Source: Geosiphon pyriformis uo1
Taxonomy: Eukaryota; Fungi; Glomeromycota
Length of the DNA stretch: 40,496 bases
NCBI GenBank assembly: GCA_016748015.1
Contig: JAAOMT010000415.1
Span: 4,741 to 45,236, forward strand
Direction of reading: 5' to 3'
Position numbers and translations under genes: made by a program. The stretch's first letter is position 1. Every line of letters begins with the position of its first letter. The notes beneath the pieces were generated by a model. It did not search any database. It was not told the origin of the DNA and saw only the letters and a list, made by a program, of their open reading frames with translations. Shown in pieces: positions 1 to 13,178 of this stretch.

Positions 1-236
1 ATTTTTAAAAACTATTTTCTTATTAAAACAAATTGAATATACATAGTAAATCTTGTTAAACCAAAAATAATTGATCAACTATAATAATTGTTTTTCTTAA
101 TCTGAAGAATATTTTGAAATATCCAAAAAAAAATTATTTATTTGAAATAAAAGTTTATTTTATTTAGTATTTTTAAATCATTATTTTGCAATTATAGGAA
201 ACTTTATATAAAAAAAATTTCATCTGTTGTATTTAC

Positions 237-1209
237 TGTTACCAAAGGTTTTTGGTCTCTTTTTTTGAATGTTGTTAATGTTGATTTGCTGTGAATTCAC
301 GTTTTTCAGAAAGTAGTTGGACCTCTAATAAATGAATTTATCTTTAAATTATCTCCTATAATTTGAACTGCTGGGCTTATAAGTAGAATAACCAATTCCT
401 TGCCAGTTACTTTATGTAGTTACATTGTAGTAAATGTCAACTTTTTCCTAGAAATTGCTCATCTGGAAGTTCACTAAAAATGTGTAGTTACTTTGCTGTA
501 AAAGTCAACTCTTCTACAGAAATCTCATCTGTAGGCTACTTTAATGATTGTAATAAGAAAAAAAAATAAAAATAAAAGAAATATAAAAAAAAATAAAATT
601 TTGTCAAGAGAAACATTTTTTATCCAGGCCTGGAGTTACTAACAGATTATTGAAATTAGTAGCTAATCAATTTCAAAACGTTAGTTGTGTTGAGAGAATT
701 TCAAGTATAATAATTTAAGAATTTGGTTTTTGAATATTTAATTTTTACTTAAATGTGTAAAAAGTGATTTGTTTCAATTAAGATATCTAAAGTAGAATAC
801 TATGGTAAGATACTATAAGAAGATATATTTTTTTAAAGAGAGAAGCTCTTCTTTTATACAACTTGTTGTAGTACTAGTTTTTGAACTTGTATTTTTCTCT
901 TTGTTACAATTTGGGCAAACTAAAGATACATTTCGGCAAACTACAAGTTATTTCACTAAACTATTAATTATTTCGGAAAATTTTCATTAATTTCGGCGAA
1001 TTTTGATTATATTAAATGGTTCAGGGTATTGTGTAATTTAATCATCTTAATTTCTAAAGTACAAATCGAATTATTGATTGAGTAATAATATTTGATAATT
1101 AAATTAAATAATAAGTAATAATCAAAATAATAATACTATATGCTAATTAATAATAGAAATTATAAGAGTAATTTCATGCTAATTAATAGTTAAAATTCTA
1201 CTGATAATA
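237..1209 (-). repeat. 3' LTR of element C
   Basis: Begins TGTTACC and ends TGATAATA (decayed TGATAACA). Colinear with 27423-28372; differences are almost all transitions. Confidence 0.93.
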
Positions 1210-1897
1210 TAATCTTCTCTTCAAGACTGAGCTCTGTCAAAATCTAAGCACTATTTGTAATGTTAAGATAGTGGTCCAAGATAATTGAAGTAATTTGGTC
1301 TGAAAATTGTTGAAATTTTAGTTCTGTGAGTTTTCCAATATATTGAATTTTCATTGAATAAAGTATTGGATTTTGTAGAACGTTTTCACAAGTATTGAAT
1401 AAATCATAGAGTTTAGATACTGCTCTAAGTTTGTAGCAAGTGTTTGTTGGTCTAGCTGCTGTCTTGAATTCATTGTGAATTTGTTTTTGTATAGTCTCAA
1501 GAGTGATGTTGGTTGCTTCAAGTTCCAGTTTTTGTTCATAAACTGTTTTTTCAATATGAAAATATCTATATATAAGAGTATATTCATTGTTCTATTCATT
1601 AAGAAATAGTAGAAGTTTTTGTTGCATTGTGGCATTTGGTGGAATGTCAATAGGGGCAATTAAAAGGTTTTCTTTTAGTGCTTGCTTCAAAAGTTCTGAT
1701 AATTGATTTCCAGAGTAATTTCTTGTTTTTTTTCTATAGAGATAATAGTTTTGAGAATTATTTACTACTGGGACTGTAGTTTCTTTCTAAATATAATTAA
1801 TTTGACTTCTATTAATCGTTATAGATAAGTCAGGAAGTGTTTTTAAGGCTAACATTAATTTTTGGGATATTTGTTGAATATTTCGAGGAATAATTAT
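1190..1897 (-). pseudogene. ORF3 of element C (unknown protein in env position), with in-frame stops
   Basis: Reads IPRNIQQISQKLMLALKTLPDLSITINRSQINY ... MKIQYIGKLTELKFQQFSDQITSIILDHYLNIT. Colinear with ORF3 of A. The putative start ATG has decayed to ATA. Confidence 0.75.
1213..1222 (-). other. Polypurine tract of element C
   Basis: The - strand reads GAAGAGAAGA, 3 nt from the 3' LTR. Equivalent to GAGAAGAAGG in element A. Confidence 0.8.
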
Positions 1898-2052
1898 GAT
1901 AAAAATTGACTAATTAATAAAGAAAAAAAATAAAGAAATTATTTTTGGATATAGAGTTTTTATTTGTTTTTGGGTTTGAGTGTTTTTTGTAATTATTTAC
2001 TATTTTTGTTTTTATGTTTGTGTATTTAGAAAGGGTTTGTAAAAATGTTAAA

Positions 2053-3438
2053 TTAAGTGTTCAAGTTTGGTTGTTGTTCTATTATAATTATTAGTTCTAA
2101 ATTTCAGGAAATATCTTCAGAATCAATTAAAAAAGAATGTGTACCAATTTGTAGAATTAATAGTTTAGGATTGTTTCTAGAGTAATAGTGTTTCAATTTA
2201 TCTCCATGTGCAACTTCTGCCAGTACTTTGTCATCAAGTCTTAATTTGTATGATTCATTGCCTAGAATTTTGTGAATATAAAATGGGCTATCTTATTTAT
2301 GTTTAAATTTTCTACTTCATTGTTTTTCAGTCTTAGTTCTGTGTAAGAAAACTTTATTTTCAATCTTAAATTCATTGGTAACTGATGGCAGTTTGTTGTC
2401 ATGCCTTTCTTTTTGTAGGGCTTGAGAGTATTCAATATGAATGGCTGCTATGTGTCTTTTTCTTTCCAATATACTAAGAAGAGTGTAGGCTCTTCTTTGG
2501 AGTGTTTCTTGGAAGTTTTTTTCATTGATTGATTGTACTGAATATGTTTTCACTGTGAAATTAATCGGTAATATTGTTGTTTTTTCATAAGTAAGATCAA
2601 ATGGTATGTGTTTCATAGTATCTTGTTTTAGTGTTCTGTATGCTAGTAACACTGATGGAATAAAGATATCCTATTTCTGCTCAAAATCTGTTGAGACTTT
2701 GGCTAAAGATTTACACAATGTTCTGTTGAACCATTCTATAAGTTCATTTGTTTGAGGATGATAAGGTGATAATAGAGGTTTTTTGACATTGAATTGTTCA
2801 CAAATTTTTTGTATCAAGTTGTTCACAAAATGTGTTCCTTGATCAGATAAAAGTTCAATTGGGCATTTATGTCTACAAATAATGTCTTTATAAATGAAAT
2901 TTGCTACTGATTTTGCATTTGCTCTTTGGATGACTCTAGTTTCAGGCCATTTGGTGAGATAATCTACTACAACTGCAATATAATAATTTCTTTGAATTGT
3001 GATAGGTAATGGTCTGACTAAATCAATTCCAACTCTGTCAAAAAGTTGTCCAACTTTGATTGAATTTAAAGGTTCTATGGGGTGAATTCCTTCTCTTTTT
3101 TGACAACTATTACAAGATTTTATATATTGTCAAATGTTTTTTTACATGTGGGGCCAAAAATAATGTTCAAGAGTTTTTGGAATTGTTTCATCTCTTTCTA
3201 AATGTGCTGAAGAAGGATCTGTGTACATGTTGTATAAAATTGTTTCTTTTTTATTTTTCTGTACTAATCTGAATAGTTGGTTTGAGTTTTTGCAATTTTT
3301 GTAATAAATTTTGTTGTAGTATATGAAATATTGTTTGAATTGGTATTGTAATTGATGTTTTTTACTTGAAAACCAATCTTCTGACATGGTTAAAGTCTTC
3401 AAATAGTTTTTAAGGTTGTTGTAATTTCTGGAATCTAT
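2053..3438 (-). pseudogene. int: Stand-alone integrase ORF of element C (H2C2 zinc finger, D,D35E core, no chromodomain)
   Basis: Starts (M)DSRNYNNLKNYL with ATG>ATA. Contains YFWPHM, VGIDLV, LLSDQGTHF and NELIEWFNRTL. Span is 1386 nt, identical to the IN ORF of A. Confidence 0.9.
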
Positions 3439-3493
3439 AGTTGTTTTGTTGTTTTGTTGGTAGTAGTAAGTTGTGGTGGATTTGTTGTTGGTG

Positions 3494-5033
3494 TTAATCT
3501 TGTCTCATTCTTAAAAAACTATCAACATTGGTGTGTAATTTTCTTGGTTTGTGGTGTACAATATACTTGTAGTCTGCTAAGAAATTATTTTATCAAGACT
3601 GTTTGTTCAGTTTTCTTTTTATTGAGCTATTTGAGACCAATATTGTCAGTTATAATATCAAATTTTTTTCCATTTTTCAGGTATTGTTGAAAATGTTTAA
3701 GAGCCCAAATAACTGCAGCAGCTTCTAATTCAGTTGAGCCATATTTGAGTTCTGTTGGCTTGAGTGTTCTATTGGCATAAACAATAACTTGTTTTTGGCC
3801 ATTTTCATCTAATTGTAATAGGATAATACCAAATGTCATATGTAAAGCATTAGTAACTAGTTGGAACTGTTTGTTGAAGTCTGGGTAAGCAAAAACTGAA
3901 GCTGTTGTCAATTTTGTTTTGAGAATTTCAAAAGCTTTTGGTTGTTTTTTAGTCTATTGGTATGGCACATTTTTGTTGATAAGATAATTGAGGTTTGGAA
4001 ATTTCTGAGAATTCTTTTATGAATTTTCAATAGTAAGAGACTAATCCTACAAATCTTCATAACTCTGTAGTATTTTTGGAAGTTTGAAAGTTTTTGACAG
4101 CACTGATTGTTCCAGGATTTGGTTTGACTTCATCTTTGCTAACAATGTGTTCAAGAAAAATTAGGCTTGTTTTTCTAAAGTGATATTTCTCAATGTTCAA
4201 CTTTAATTCTGCTTTCTATAATTGTTGAAAAATTTTTTGCAGATAAATGAGATGAGTTTCAAAGCTTGGTGAGTATATATTGGTGTCATCAAGATAAACA
4301 ACTACTGATTGCCATAAAAGCCCTTTATATACAACATTCATGAGTCACTGAAATATTGCTGGTGCATTGCAGAGTCCAAAAGACATAACATTGAACTCAT
4401 AGTTTCCTTTTTGAGTGGTAAATGCTGTTTTGGATCGATCTTTTAGGTCTATTTTGACTTGTCAGTATCTACTTTCTAAGTCTAAAGTTGAGAAGAACTT
4501 GGCTTTTTCTAAGGCATCCAGCATATCATCAATTCTTAGAAGAAATTAGATATCTCCAATTGTCATGCTGTTGAGCTGATAATAATCTACACAGAATCTG
4601 ATTTTTCTGTTTTTCTTTTTAATAAAAACTACTGGTGAGGCTCAAGGACTTCTTGATAGTTGAATCAATTCATTATTAAGTATTTTTTAGATTTCTTCTC
4701 TGATAAATTAATGACTAGCAGATAGAACTTGAAAGATTTGTTGTCATTTTGGTAGAACATCTCCTGTGTAGATCTGATGTTGAACAATATTAGTTTTTCT
4801 AAGATCATTGTTGTTTTTTGCAAATATATCTGCAAATTCAGTTATTAGTTGTTTTAATTGTCTTTGTTGTTGGGGTTTTAAGAGACCCATATTGATTTGA
4901 AAGAGTTTTTTTTCCAACAGATAATAGTTTTTAGTAGTAGGGGTGATGCTTGGATTTGAAAGTAGAGTATGTCTTATAATTTCGATGAAATTAGAAACAA
5001 TTTGAAGGTTTTTATCTTGGAAGATATTGCTGT
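3494..5033 (-). pseudogene. pol: ORF1 3' part of element C: reverse transcriptase and RNase H
   Basis: VVYLDDTNIYS (YLDD at 4285-4296), FCVDY, RNase H YPDFNKQF..ELEAAAVIWAL..IITDN. Ends RMRQD* with TAA at 3494-3496. Confidence 0.93.
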
Positions 5034-5844
5034 TGTTACAGGTGATTATTTGGGGTCTCAAAGCAAATAACAAACCTGTAACTTGGTGCTTAGTTGATTT
5101 TATTGGCATTGATCCCAAGGTATTGTTATCTGAAGGTTTTAGTTGAGACCTTTGTATAATGAACAGAGATTTAATAGTTGTTTCAGTAGTTTCCCAGAAT
5201 TGCAATCCTGTTGAATTTCTTTCTTAGCATAATGGTTGGTAATCCTCCTAGTAAGCTATCCTCAAATCTATGAGTGTTTTACCCTTGTTTCACGGGTCTT
5301 TTATCAGTTTTTATGATGTCTGTACTTTAATGCTTAATCCTTAATCAATAAGTAAAACAAAAGAATAACAAAGAAAATAAAACAAATAAAAAGAAATAAG
5401 AAAATAAGCCAAGGCAGTAGTAAGTTAGTATTCCATTAATAGCTGTGATTAAGAGCTATTGTTCCCATGTAGTTAAGTATCAATTACTATTAACATGAAG
5501 TATTAATAGTGGAAAGTGGATTGAGATAATGAATAATTATTTATTTGTGATGTAGAAGATTGCTTAAATTAAATCTAAACTAAGAGGTTTGTCTTTTCTA
5601 CTTCTAATGCTAATATTATATATATATAATTGAGAATCTTTAATTCCTTAATTCTTTACACCAGAAATCCTAGAATTCCTGGAATCCTGCAATTTTCTGA
5701 GAAGAATCCTGGAATTCTGGAATCCTGCAATTTCTTGTACAAAAATCTTGAAATTTCTGGAATTTTGGAATTCCACATTTATTATAGTTACTTCTGATTG
5801 GCTAATTTATATGCTATCATACTTCTTATATTCTATAAGTAACA
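5034..5844 (-). repeat. 3' LTR of element B
   Basis: TGTTACA...AGTAACA. Colinear with the split LTR at 12766-13178 and 22919-23300. Contains degenerate GGAAT(C/T)C(T)-type short repeats at ~5662-5774. Confidence 0.93.
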
Positions 5845-5847
5845 TTA

Positions 5848-5859
5848 TTTTCTTCTTTT
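5848..5859 (-). other. Polypurine tract of element B
   Basis: The - strand reads AAAAGAAGAAAA next to the 3' LTR; probably G>A-decayed. Confidence 0.7.
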
Positions 5860-6526
5860 AATATTGAGCTTCATTGAGATTTTTTAATTCTAATTCTTTA
5901 TCTTTGAGTATTTTTTGGACTTCTTTCTTAAGAATTACTTGGGCTATCTTGTTCTGTAATTTTTTGAATTGAGTATTGGTTATTTTTCTCATTTGGTTAA
6001 TAGTTATGGAATTTATTTCTGGATCAAGTAAAATCTCTGGTCGATCTTGAAATTTTATGTATAGTCAGTAAATAGCTTTTGCTTGTGTGGTCAAATTGTT
6101 CTTTTCCACAAATTGTTCTAATTGTTGCAATATAACCATGTCAAATAATTGTTTTGTTTTATCCATGTATAAGTTCTGAATGTTCAAGTATTGTCCTAAG
6201 TGAAAGTAACAAAAGTTTTTTGGAAATTGTTATATCCACCAATTCCAAGTTTCTATAATTAACTCTTGATATTGAGTAACTTTTGGTTGTGTTTCTATTG
6301 TCAATTTTACTTAAATGATTATTTTGTTCAGAGTGTTTTCTGTTTTTTTCCATATTTTATCCTGTGGTCTTTTTTTAGTGTTTGTGTATCTAATAGTTTG
6401 TTAGTTAATTGTAATTTCTATTTCTTGTTATTGAATCAGTTGAAAAAGTTGTTGTGCCAGTGAGTGAATGCTGTTAGTAATTTCTATTTTCTGCTGTCTT
6501 TTGTTGCATATTTTATGTCTTTATAT
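5858..6526 (-). pseudogene. ORF3 of element B (unknown protein), with in-frame stops
   Basis: One 223-codon frame, not in the ORF track because of stops: IEITNSIHSLAQQLFQLIQ*QEIEITIN*QTIRYTNTK ... CYFHLGQYL ... AKAIY*LYIKFQDRPEILLDPEINSITINQMRKITNTQFKKLQNKIAQVIL ... NEAQY*. Aligns with ORF3 of A and C. Confidence 0.75.
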
Positions 6527-6546
6527 ATCTTTTTGGTTGTTCAATT

Positions 6547-7921
6547 TTACATATTAGATTCAATAATTATAATTGGTTCTAAATCTTGTGGAATCTCATT
6601 TGGTTTAACTAATATTTTTTGTATTCTTAATTGTGGAATATTACTGATAGATGATGATATTATATAGTGGTATTGTTTTAGTTGATTACTATGTGCTGCT
6701 TTGGTTAAGATTTTGTTGTTCAACCTTAATTTATAAGCTTTATTTCTAAAAAATTTTTCTATGTGAAATGGTCCATCTCATTTGAAATCAAATTTTTCAC
6801 TTCATTGTTTTTCAATTTTAGTATGATATAAAAGTACTTTGTCTCCAATCTTGAATTCAACTGGTTCTCTGATAGTTAGTTATTGTGTTTTTCTTTTTGT
6901 TTTTTTTGTGACTTTTAGATGTTATCAGCTGCTTTTTGCCGTGTGTTTTCTAATATCTCCATTAAGTCATATGTTCTTCTCAACAATGTTCTTTGAAAAT
7001 TCTCTTCTGTTATTGGTTCTGTTGGATATGTTCATATTTTTATCTCCACTAGTAATATTGCTGTTCTACTATATACTAATTCAAATGGTGTTATTTGTGT
7101 AGTATCTTGCTTCATTGTCTAATAGACAAATAATACTGATGGTATAAACAAATCCCATTTGTCTTGATTTTTTTGGCTGATTTTGGCAATTGCTTTGCAC
7201 AAAGTTCTATTGAATCTTTCAACTAATTCATTGGTTTGTGAATGATATGGTAATGACAATGGTCTTTTGATTCCAAATCTTTGACTTAATTCTTCTAATG
7301 TTCTGTTTACAAAATAGGTTCCTTGATCTGATAATAGTTTTTTTGAACATCTATGTTGACATATTAAATTTTGATAAACAAATTCAGCAATGAATTCAGC
7401 ATCTGCTTTTTGAATGACTTTTGTTTTTGGCCATTTTGTAAGATAATTCATGGCTACAGCAATATATCTGTTGTCTTTACTGGTGATTGTCAATAATCTG
7501 ACTAAATCAATTCCAATACAATTGAATGGTTGTCTTACTTTGATTGGTCTCAATGATTTACTGGGTTTTGTTTTATCTCTTCTTTAACAAGCATTACAAT
7601 TTTGTATATATTGAATAATTCCAGATACATTGATGGCCAATAGTATTTTTTCCTGGTTTTTTTCATGGTTGCTTCTTTATGAAAATGTCTTGCTGTTGGA
7701 TCTGAGTGCATGTTGAATAATATTGTCTCTTTCTCTGGTTCTGTAATTACTCTGGTTGGTTGATCTGGATTTTTTTTGTTCTTCTGGTAAAGTATATTTT
7801 AATAATTGATAAAATATTTTGATTGTTGTTTTATGTTTCTTTGTTTTTTTTGAGATAATTTCTCCTTGAACAATTGGGTATTTATATAATGTTGGAGTTG
7901 TTGATATTTTTGTATATTCAT
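6547..7921 (-). pseudogene. int: Stand-alone integrase ORF of element B
   Basis: ATG at 7921 (MNIQKYQQLQHYI). Contains MHSDPTARH, IGIDLV, LLSDQGTYF and NELVERFNRTL. Ends DLEPIIIIESNM*. Confidence 0.9.
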
Positions 7922-7952
7922 CTTTTGTTATATTTTTGAGTTGAAATGTCTT

Positions 7953-10900
7953 CTAGATTTGTCTTATTCATGACAATCCATTAGCATTTTCATTTTTTTT
8001 TTCTTTTTTATAATGTACTGTGTAATTAAATAGTGAAAGTTCTATCTTCTATCTGACATAACAATTGTCTGTAAATTTTTGTTTCTAGATTAAAGTCAAT
8101 TCTTTGTAATCAGTGTATATGTCAAACTTTTGACTTAAGTATTCTTTCCATTTGATAACAGTCTAATAGATAGCTAAGTGTTCCAGTGCTGAAGTTCCAT
8201 AGTTCTTTTCCGCTGGGCTTAAGCTTCTATTGGCATAAGTTATTGGATGTTCTCTTCCATCTGGTTCTTTCTGTAATAGTACTGCTCCCAATGCTTGGCC
8301 TGATGCATCAGTAGTAATGATGAATGGTTTGTTGTGATCTGGATACATCAACACTAAAGCTTGAATAAGCTTTATTCTTAGTATGTCGAACACTTTTTAT
8401 TGAGCTTCTGTTTATTCATATTTTATATTCTTAGTTTGTAAATAATGGAATGGCTGAGCCAGTTTAGAAAAGCCCTTGATAAAACAGCAATAATAGTCTG
8501 TGAATCCCAAAAATACTCTCAGTTTTGTCAAGTTGGTTAATACTGAAAAGTTCTTTACTATTGCAATTTTGTCTGGATCTGTTTTGATACCATCTTTGCT
8601 TACAACATGTTTCCGAAATTTGAGTTTTGTTTTTTCAAAGAAACATTTGTTTGCATTCAACTTCAATCCTGCTCTTCTCAATCTTTCAAACACTTGTTGA
8701 AGATGATATAGATGATTATCAAATGTCTTGGAAAACACATTTGTGTTGTCTAAGTAAACAACTATAAATTTCATAGTAGTCTAGTATAAACAATTTCTAT
8801 GAGTTATTGGAATGTGGCTGGAGCATTCATCAAGCTAAATGACATGACTTTGAACTTAAAATTTCCTTCTTGTGTTGTGAAAGCTGTCTTCTTTTTATCT
8901 TCTGGTTTCATGGCTACTTGCCAATAACCACTGTCTAGATCTAGAGTTGAGAACTATTTTTTCTCTCCAAAAGCATCAAAAAGTTCTTGGATCTTTGGAG
9001 TTGGATAGCTATCTCCTTTATTACTCCATTCAGTTTTCAGTAATTCACACAAAAGCAGATCTTTCTATTTTTTTTATGGACTAGTATCACTGGTGGTAAC
9101 TATGGGCTCATTGATGATTGAATTAATCTGTTGTCAAGCATCTGATTGATTTCTTGACAAATAATCTCATGGCTGGCTGGTGGTACTCTATATGCTCTCT
9201 GTTTAATTGGCATTGCATCTTTAGTCTTGATTTGGTGTTAGATGATGTCAGTTTTGCCAAATTTGTTTTCACTAGCAAAAATGTCATTGAAGTTGTTAAG
9301 TAATATTTTGAGTTGTATACATTGTAATGGATCTAGATTTTCCAAGTTTATCTGTTCCAATTGTTTTGGTTGGAGCAGATAACATTTTTTTTGTTCATAT
9401 ATTGTCTGAGATGTAATATTCACATATCTGCATAGTTGTGAAAAGTCTGGAATGGTGTTTGGTAATTGTTCTTCAATTTCAGTAGTTAAATATCCAATGA
9501 TGATTCCTTCTGGTATCTTAATAATATCTCCCATGTTGTTGTAAATGAGAATTTTGATGTGGTTGTGGTTTTTTGCTGGTATGTGTAGATTAACTAATCC
9601 AATTTTTCTTGATTCACAAAAGGTTGCTTCCACTTCAAAAATTTGAACCTGATTCTTTACTTTTCTTCTTATGGTTACCATGTACTGATTATATGATAGA
9701 ATAGAAATTGGTTGATGAATGAAAATAATTTCTCTCTTGTCAACAATTTCTTTTTCTGCCATATTAACTGGTACATCTATTCTACCTATGAATCCAAATT
9801 CCTGTATCTTTCTAGCTGTGATCCCTAATTCTTCTCTGTTTTTTACTGATACTAATTGGGCTATTTTAACCAGAGACAGGAATATTGCCTGTGCTATTTT
9901 TTTGTTTGAATCTATGATATATGTCTTTTCTGAGTTATTTTGTAGTATTGCAATAATATTTTCTACATATTCTGTATTAATTATTTCTTCTCTGATGTTG
10001 ATTTTCTTTTTCACTAAACTACTTCTGAATGCTAGTTGAATCATGATTGTTGCTAAAATTTCCAGTGCTATTTTGAGATCAATGCAGATGTGCAAATAGA
10101 GTTCCAATTTAATGAGATCTTTTTTTGGATATCTCAAATCAAACCCTACATTAGTATCATGCACACGTTCTGGCATAATACTCTCATTATTATCACTGAA
10201 CCATTTCAGTTCTTGTTCTTTGATAAGATCAAGAAGTGCAATATATAAGTTGTCTGGTAATAATATTGCCAACTAACCTATTATTTAGGATCAGTTTTAT
10301 GGCCTAACTATCGACTTTAGCATCAGTGTACATGGCAGTAATGGTTTTTTTCTCAAGTGCAGCTTTACTGAACAATGGTGTTTGTGATGGTTTTTCAAAT
10401 TTGAATGGAAAAATTACTGCTAACAATTTGTCATTGATTACAGTGGCTGGAGTTATATTGCTGGTAGGTAATTTGTTTTGGTTGGGTTTCCCATTATTGG
10501 GTGAAGCATTTTTTGGAGTAACCAGAAGACTTAAATAGTGTTGGACATTCAAGTTTTGGGTGTATCTGGTGCTCAAATTTCATTGTCAAAATTCTAATGG
10601 CTGGGTTAAGGAACTGGGAATTAGTTGATAGACTACCATTGATGATCTCCAGCTCTGTTGTGTCAATCTCAGTCTTTGGGTTCTGTTTTAAGATAAGTTT
10701 TGTGGCAGTATTTGAATTTGTTGGAATTAATAGATTACTTGAAACTGCAGCTAATAGATAGGCTGGGACTGCAATTGATAAATTACTGGTGTTATTAGCT
10801 GATAAACTGGTGGTTGATAGATTGGCTGTTGCATCATAGGTAGATAATTTAGTTGATATGGTTCTGGGTTTGATTGATAATTCAGAGTCTAAAATCTGCA

Positions 10901-12703
10901 ATCAGGGTTTTGATATTAATTTCCCGATTGTTGGTTATCTAGTCTTAATCTACAGTCAATTCTCAAATGTCTTTGTTTACTACAGTATTGGCAAACATGT
11001 GTCTTCTGCTCTCACTGTTAATTGGTTGAGAACAATGAATACAACTAATTCTGGAAACAATTTGTGGTTTTTTAAGTATTATGTTATTATGGAGGTTAAT
11101 AAATTGTTTGATTGTTAGCTAAGTATCTCTCTAATTTTTTATCAATGGAATTACTGAATTGTTTCAGCTTAGAGTCCAATTCAGATGATCTATTCATTAC
11201 TAGATTAATGGTCTGAATATGGTTGGCTTTGAGTTTGGCTGCTTCAAAATCTCTGGCGTGTGTAACTGCAGCTTGAAAGTCTGTTAAATGTATTGGACAT
11301 ATGCATTATAAGAGGCTACTGTATAATTTGCAAATAAACTGATTCAAGATCTGGATTGCAGTAAAGTAATCGACATTAATGGTTTGTATTTGGTGCAAAT
11401 TTTGATGAGAGCATCTTAAGTAAGTGGTAACTGTTTTAGTATCCCTCTGTTTGATAGTAGTGAAAGTATTGGCCAAGCCATTAATGCTATTGCTGTTACT
11501 AAAATATCTTAAAAATTCCAATTTAAATGCCTTAAATGTTTGGAGTTTTAAAGCTAGATTATAATACCATGAATTGGCGGCATCCTGAAGAAAATAGAGA
11601 ATTGCTTGAAGGACTTTGGCATTATTCTAGTTGTTGGTAGTAATGGCTTTGGTGATATTATTGATCCATGTTTGGGCATTGTCTTTTTTGCCAGAAAATT
11701 TTTCTAACTTTGCGATGGGTGCATATGCCATTTGTGCAATCAGTTGTTGTTGTGCTAGTAGTGGTTAAAAGTGTTGTTGTAGCTGTTGAAGCAGTTGTTG
11801 TGGTTGTTGTAGTAGTTGTAGTGGTTGTGAAACAGGTTGCTGAAGTGGTGGCTGTTAAATTGGTTCAATAATTGGTTTAACTGGTGGCTAATCAATGACA
11901 ATTACTAAAGGTAAGTTTTGCTGATTAATTGTTTTGGAGTTTGGATTGTTTTGAGGTTGTTGGGTTTGAATGTTTGGAGTTTTAACTTCCAGATTTTTTA
12001 GGATCAGGTTTTGGTAAGTAAATTCTTGATTCTCACTTTTTTTTTCTTCTGATTCAGTTACTTTCCACAGACTCATGGTTTCGAAATCTGGTTGAGGTGG
12101 CAGTGATTGAAATCCTGATGGTGTTGGTGATTACAATTTAAATCCTTCAAAATATTTGTCTTATGATCCTAATAATTCTGTTCTTCTTTGTTTACTTTGA
12201 AATGGAATTTGTCCAAAGGTTGATATCATGTTTGATGTGGACATGTCTGTTGAGAAAATATTGATAACACTTTCTGGTGTATAATAGTATGATAGATTGG
12301 TTGGTAATTCAACTCTGGTTTTCTTCCAAGTGGGTGGTTGTATTTTTTTGGGTATTACTGTTGGTGTTTGAAATTTTTTTTTGCCTTTGTTTGTATAAGT
12401 AATGGAGAATTGTTGTTAAGTGTACCTTTCAATGGTTTGATTGATTTCTTTAATGATTGGTACAAAACTGTAGTTTCTTGGTAAACTGGTATGTTGAAAT
12501 AATTCTGTATAGAAATTTTCTCTTGTGGATTTAATGTTAACTGTTCCTCCTAAGTAGTCTGTGATTTTATTATTAACGTAGAAGTTAAAAGCTAATTTTG
12601 CTGAAAAATAGTTATTGTTTAATTCTAATTGTTGGCTGTACTGTTGAAACAAGAATTTGGCAAATCCTAAATGGTTTGCTCCTATGATTTCTGATTCTGC
12701 CAC
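7953..12703 (-). pseudogene. gag-pol: ORF1 of element B: Gag (capsid, CCHC), truncated protease, dUTPase, RT, RNase H
   Basis: Capsid region EFLRYFSNSNSI..QILNQFI. Zinc knuckle CQYCSKQRHLRIDC at 10952-10993. Decayed PR motif LILNNRLVGNII. RT VVYLDNTN. RNase H IITTDASGQALGAVL..ALEHLAI. Stop TAG at 7953-7955. Confidence 0.92.
9780..10180 (-). pseudogene. dut: dUTPase domain in ORF1 of element B
   Basis: Decayed trimeric-dUTPase motifs in order 1-5: HDTNVGFDL, FRSSLVKK, IINTEYVENI, KIAQAI, RKIQEFGFIG. Confidence 0.88.
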
Positions 12704-12746
12704 TTTTGAATAATTGTTGTTGGTGCCAGTTCTTTGTAGGATTATA

Positions 12747-12763
12747 CCTCACAGAGAGCACCA
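12747..12763 (-). other. Primer-binding site of element B
   Basis: TGGTGCTCTCTGTGAGG, 2 nt inside the 5' LTR. Complementary to a tRNA 3' end CCUCACAGAGAGCACCA. This resembles eukaryotic elongator tRNA-Met (inference). Confidence 0.85.
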
Positions 12764-12765
12764 AA

Positions 12766-13178
12766 TGTTACAAGTGATTATTTGGGGTCTCAAAGCAAAT
12801 AACAAACCTGTAACTTGATGCTTGGTTGATTTTTTTAGCATTGATTTGAAGATATTGTTATCTGAAAGTTTTGGTTGAGACCTTTGTATAATAGACAGAA
12901 ATTTAATAGTTGTTTCAGTAGCTTCCTGAAATCACAATTCCATCGAATTTTTTTCTCAGTATAGTAACCAATAATCTTTCTGGTAAGCTATTCTCAAATC
13001 TATAAGTGTTTTATCTTTGTTTTACATGTCTTTTACCAGTTTCTATGACATTTGTACTTCAATACTTAATTCTTAATCAATTAGTAAAACAAAAGAATAA
13101 CAAAGAAAATAAAACAAATAAAAAGAAATAAGAAAATAAACCAAGACAGTAGTAAGTTAGTATTCCATCAATAGCTGT
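12766..13178 (-). repeat. 5' LTR of element B, U5-side half (interrupted by element A)
   Basis: Matches 5034-5446 up to ...ATAGCTGT. Confidence 0.92.

Noticed and set aside
4744-5205. 153-aa ORF
   Set aside because: Chance fusion reading from B's 3' LTR across the insertion junction into C's pre-RT region; not a gene.
11668-11871. Val-rich hydrophobic ORF and other short antisense ORFs over the elements
   Set aside because: Reverse complements of the Gln/Pro-rich Gag linker and of pol; no independent evidence.
12747-12763. tRNA gene
   Set aside because: Only the 17-nt 3'-end match including CCA, with no cloverleaf; this is a PBS.
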